64,000 nucleotides of DNA from Chrysomallon squamiferum. Lineage: Eukaryota; Animalia; Mollusca. The notes under the pieces were generated by a model. That model was not told where the DNA came from, searched no databases, and saw only the letters and a program-made list of their open reading frames with translations. The translations under genes were made by a program, and so were the position numbers. The stretch spans positions 9,796,001 to 9,860,000 of the forward strand of contig CM022678.1 in assembly GCA_012295275.1 (NCBI GenBank), given 5' to 3'. Below, piece after piece: positions 62,517 through 64,000 of this stretch. Each line of letters opens with the position of its first letter. The stretch's first letter is position 1.

Positions 62517-64000
62517 TTGTTCTTGGAGCTTATTAATTTCACAATAAATCTTAATAAAAAAAAAAAAAAAAAAATGATAGTTTTCAATTATATTTTATTC
62601 TGCTGTATTATATTTATGATCTACTGGATCAGTTACTGAATACGTAAATAAGAGTGGATGAATGAATTGATGTTAGCATGGATCACGAATTTTCAGTGTT
62701 GGACTGATGATACGTCTTATTATGTGGATCATGTTCTATAAGCAGTTAAAATTTGTTTCTTCTTGTGTTATTATTTTTAGATAAACAATTTCCTTTTTGT
62801 GAGTTCTCAAGTATTTCTCTACAAATCTATGACATTGTAATTATTTGAAATCTGTTGTAACTGTAAAAACTGCAGTGGACTGAGTTCCAATATTTTCTTC
62901 GTTTTGATTGAGATCTTTTATTTGATTCTTGAAAAATTCATTATATGTTACTGATAATAATAATAAAAAAAAAAAAAAAATAATAATAATAATAATAATA
63001 AATATATAAATAAATAAGTATTTTGGTTTTTAAAATAATAAACTGAAATATAACTACCTGTCAGTTTTGTAAATCCACCTAAGTTAAAAACTAAATCTCA
63101 TCATATGTGTAGCAACACTGGCTGCAATATAAAATACTACTCATAATTTAGATATATTTTGAACATTTGATTATATAAATATTTGGAGAAAAAAAGAAAA
63201 AAAAAAAAAAAGACTTTTCCACGTACAACAAAATCAATTTGACAATTCTACTTTCATTCCCAAATTTGTTCTCGGTCATATATATAATCTTGAGATTTGA
63301 TTTCTCAGTCATGAAGTTCATAAAAATTAAATAATCCCCTATAGTTTTAAATAATACAGTAACAAAAATTAACAGTATTTATTAAAACTGATGGTTTTGC
63401 AAGTATATACACACCAAAGTACAATATTGGCTGCTTCAGAGATATAAACAAACAGTAAGAGAAGGTAAACCTATTTTCATGTGAGCATCCATGTAGAGAT
63501 TTTTATTTTCTCTTGCACTGACCCAACACAGCTGATCTTCAGATGATTTTCTGCAGTCAGTTCAGTTTAATTTAAATAGGTATTAATAACAATAAACACA
63601 AGAACAAGAACATAAATAAATAAATTAATTAATTAATTAATTAAATGTAAAAATCTGAAATAAGAAATAAATAAAATACAACATAATAATAATAATAATA
63701 ATAAAAATTCACACAAATCCTCCAACAATCCCCCTACAATAAATTTTGTTTTATTGTTAATATTAACTATTTATTATTGTGGCTGTTGTTGTTATTCTTA
63801 TTCTTTTTCTCTCTCTCTCTCTCTTTTTTTATCTGTTAAGAAATGTTTGGTTTTTTTTAATCATTAATTAAATAATTAATTAATTTTATCATTCTACCCT
63901 TTGTAATGAATCTTAACTCATAACGAAATAATAAATAACCGAAAAAAAAATAATAATAATAATAGAAAGAAATACCCGGCTATTTCTAAACCACACCTGA
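62517..64000 (+). repeat. Copy 2 of the long duplication (matches 1-1276 joined to 3107-3370)
   Basis: Direct sequence identity; junction cccctacaa-TAA-attttgtttt at ~63740. Confidence 0.95.

Overview
AT-rich, microsatellite-dense animal genomic DNA with spliceosomal GT-AG introns. A mollusc-like invertebrate is my inference from the gene families and repeats. It is not prokaryotic and has no CRISPR, rRNA or tRNA. All recognisable host genes are on the minus strand: (1) a signal peptide-CUB-Ig-Ig-TM receptor (21605 to 16259 or beyond, possibly to 10744) with two 1-nt frameshifts that may be consensus errors; (2) a CpG-depleted block (~33.2-50.9 kb) holding an intron-containing pseudogene of MCC (mutated in colorectal cancer), a pseudogenised RNI-like LRR gene and other decayed exons; (3) after a 200-N gap (53325-53524), a TRIM-like RING/coiled-coil/partial beta-propeller gene whose B-box is deleted. 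Mobile DNA includes a MULE transposase relic and a Tc2/pogo-type MITE. The window end (62517-64000) is a near-identical copy of the window start. The most unusual signal is that several minisatellites are tandem amplifications of exon ends plus their 5' splice donors: three such arrays in the MCC locus (4x30, ~5x90 and 15x60 bp), plus a 6x64-bp array inside an LRR exon. I found no evidence for an intact novel multi-gene system. Translations and coordinates were read by hand.
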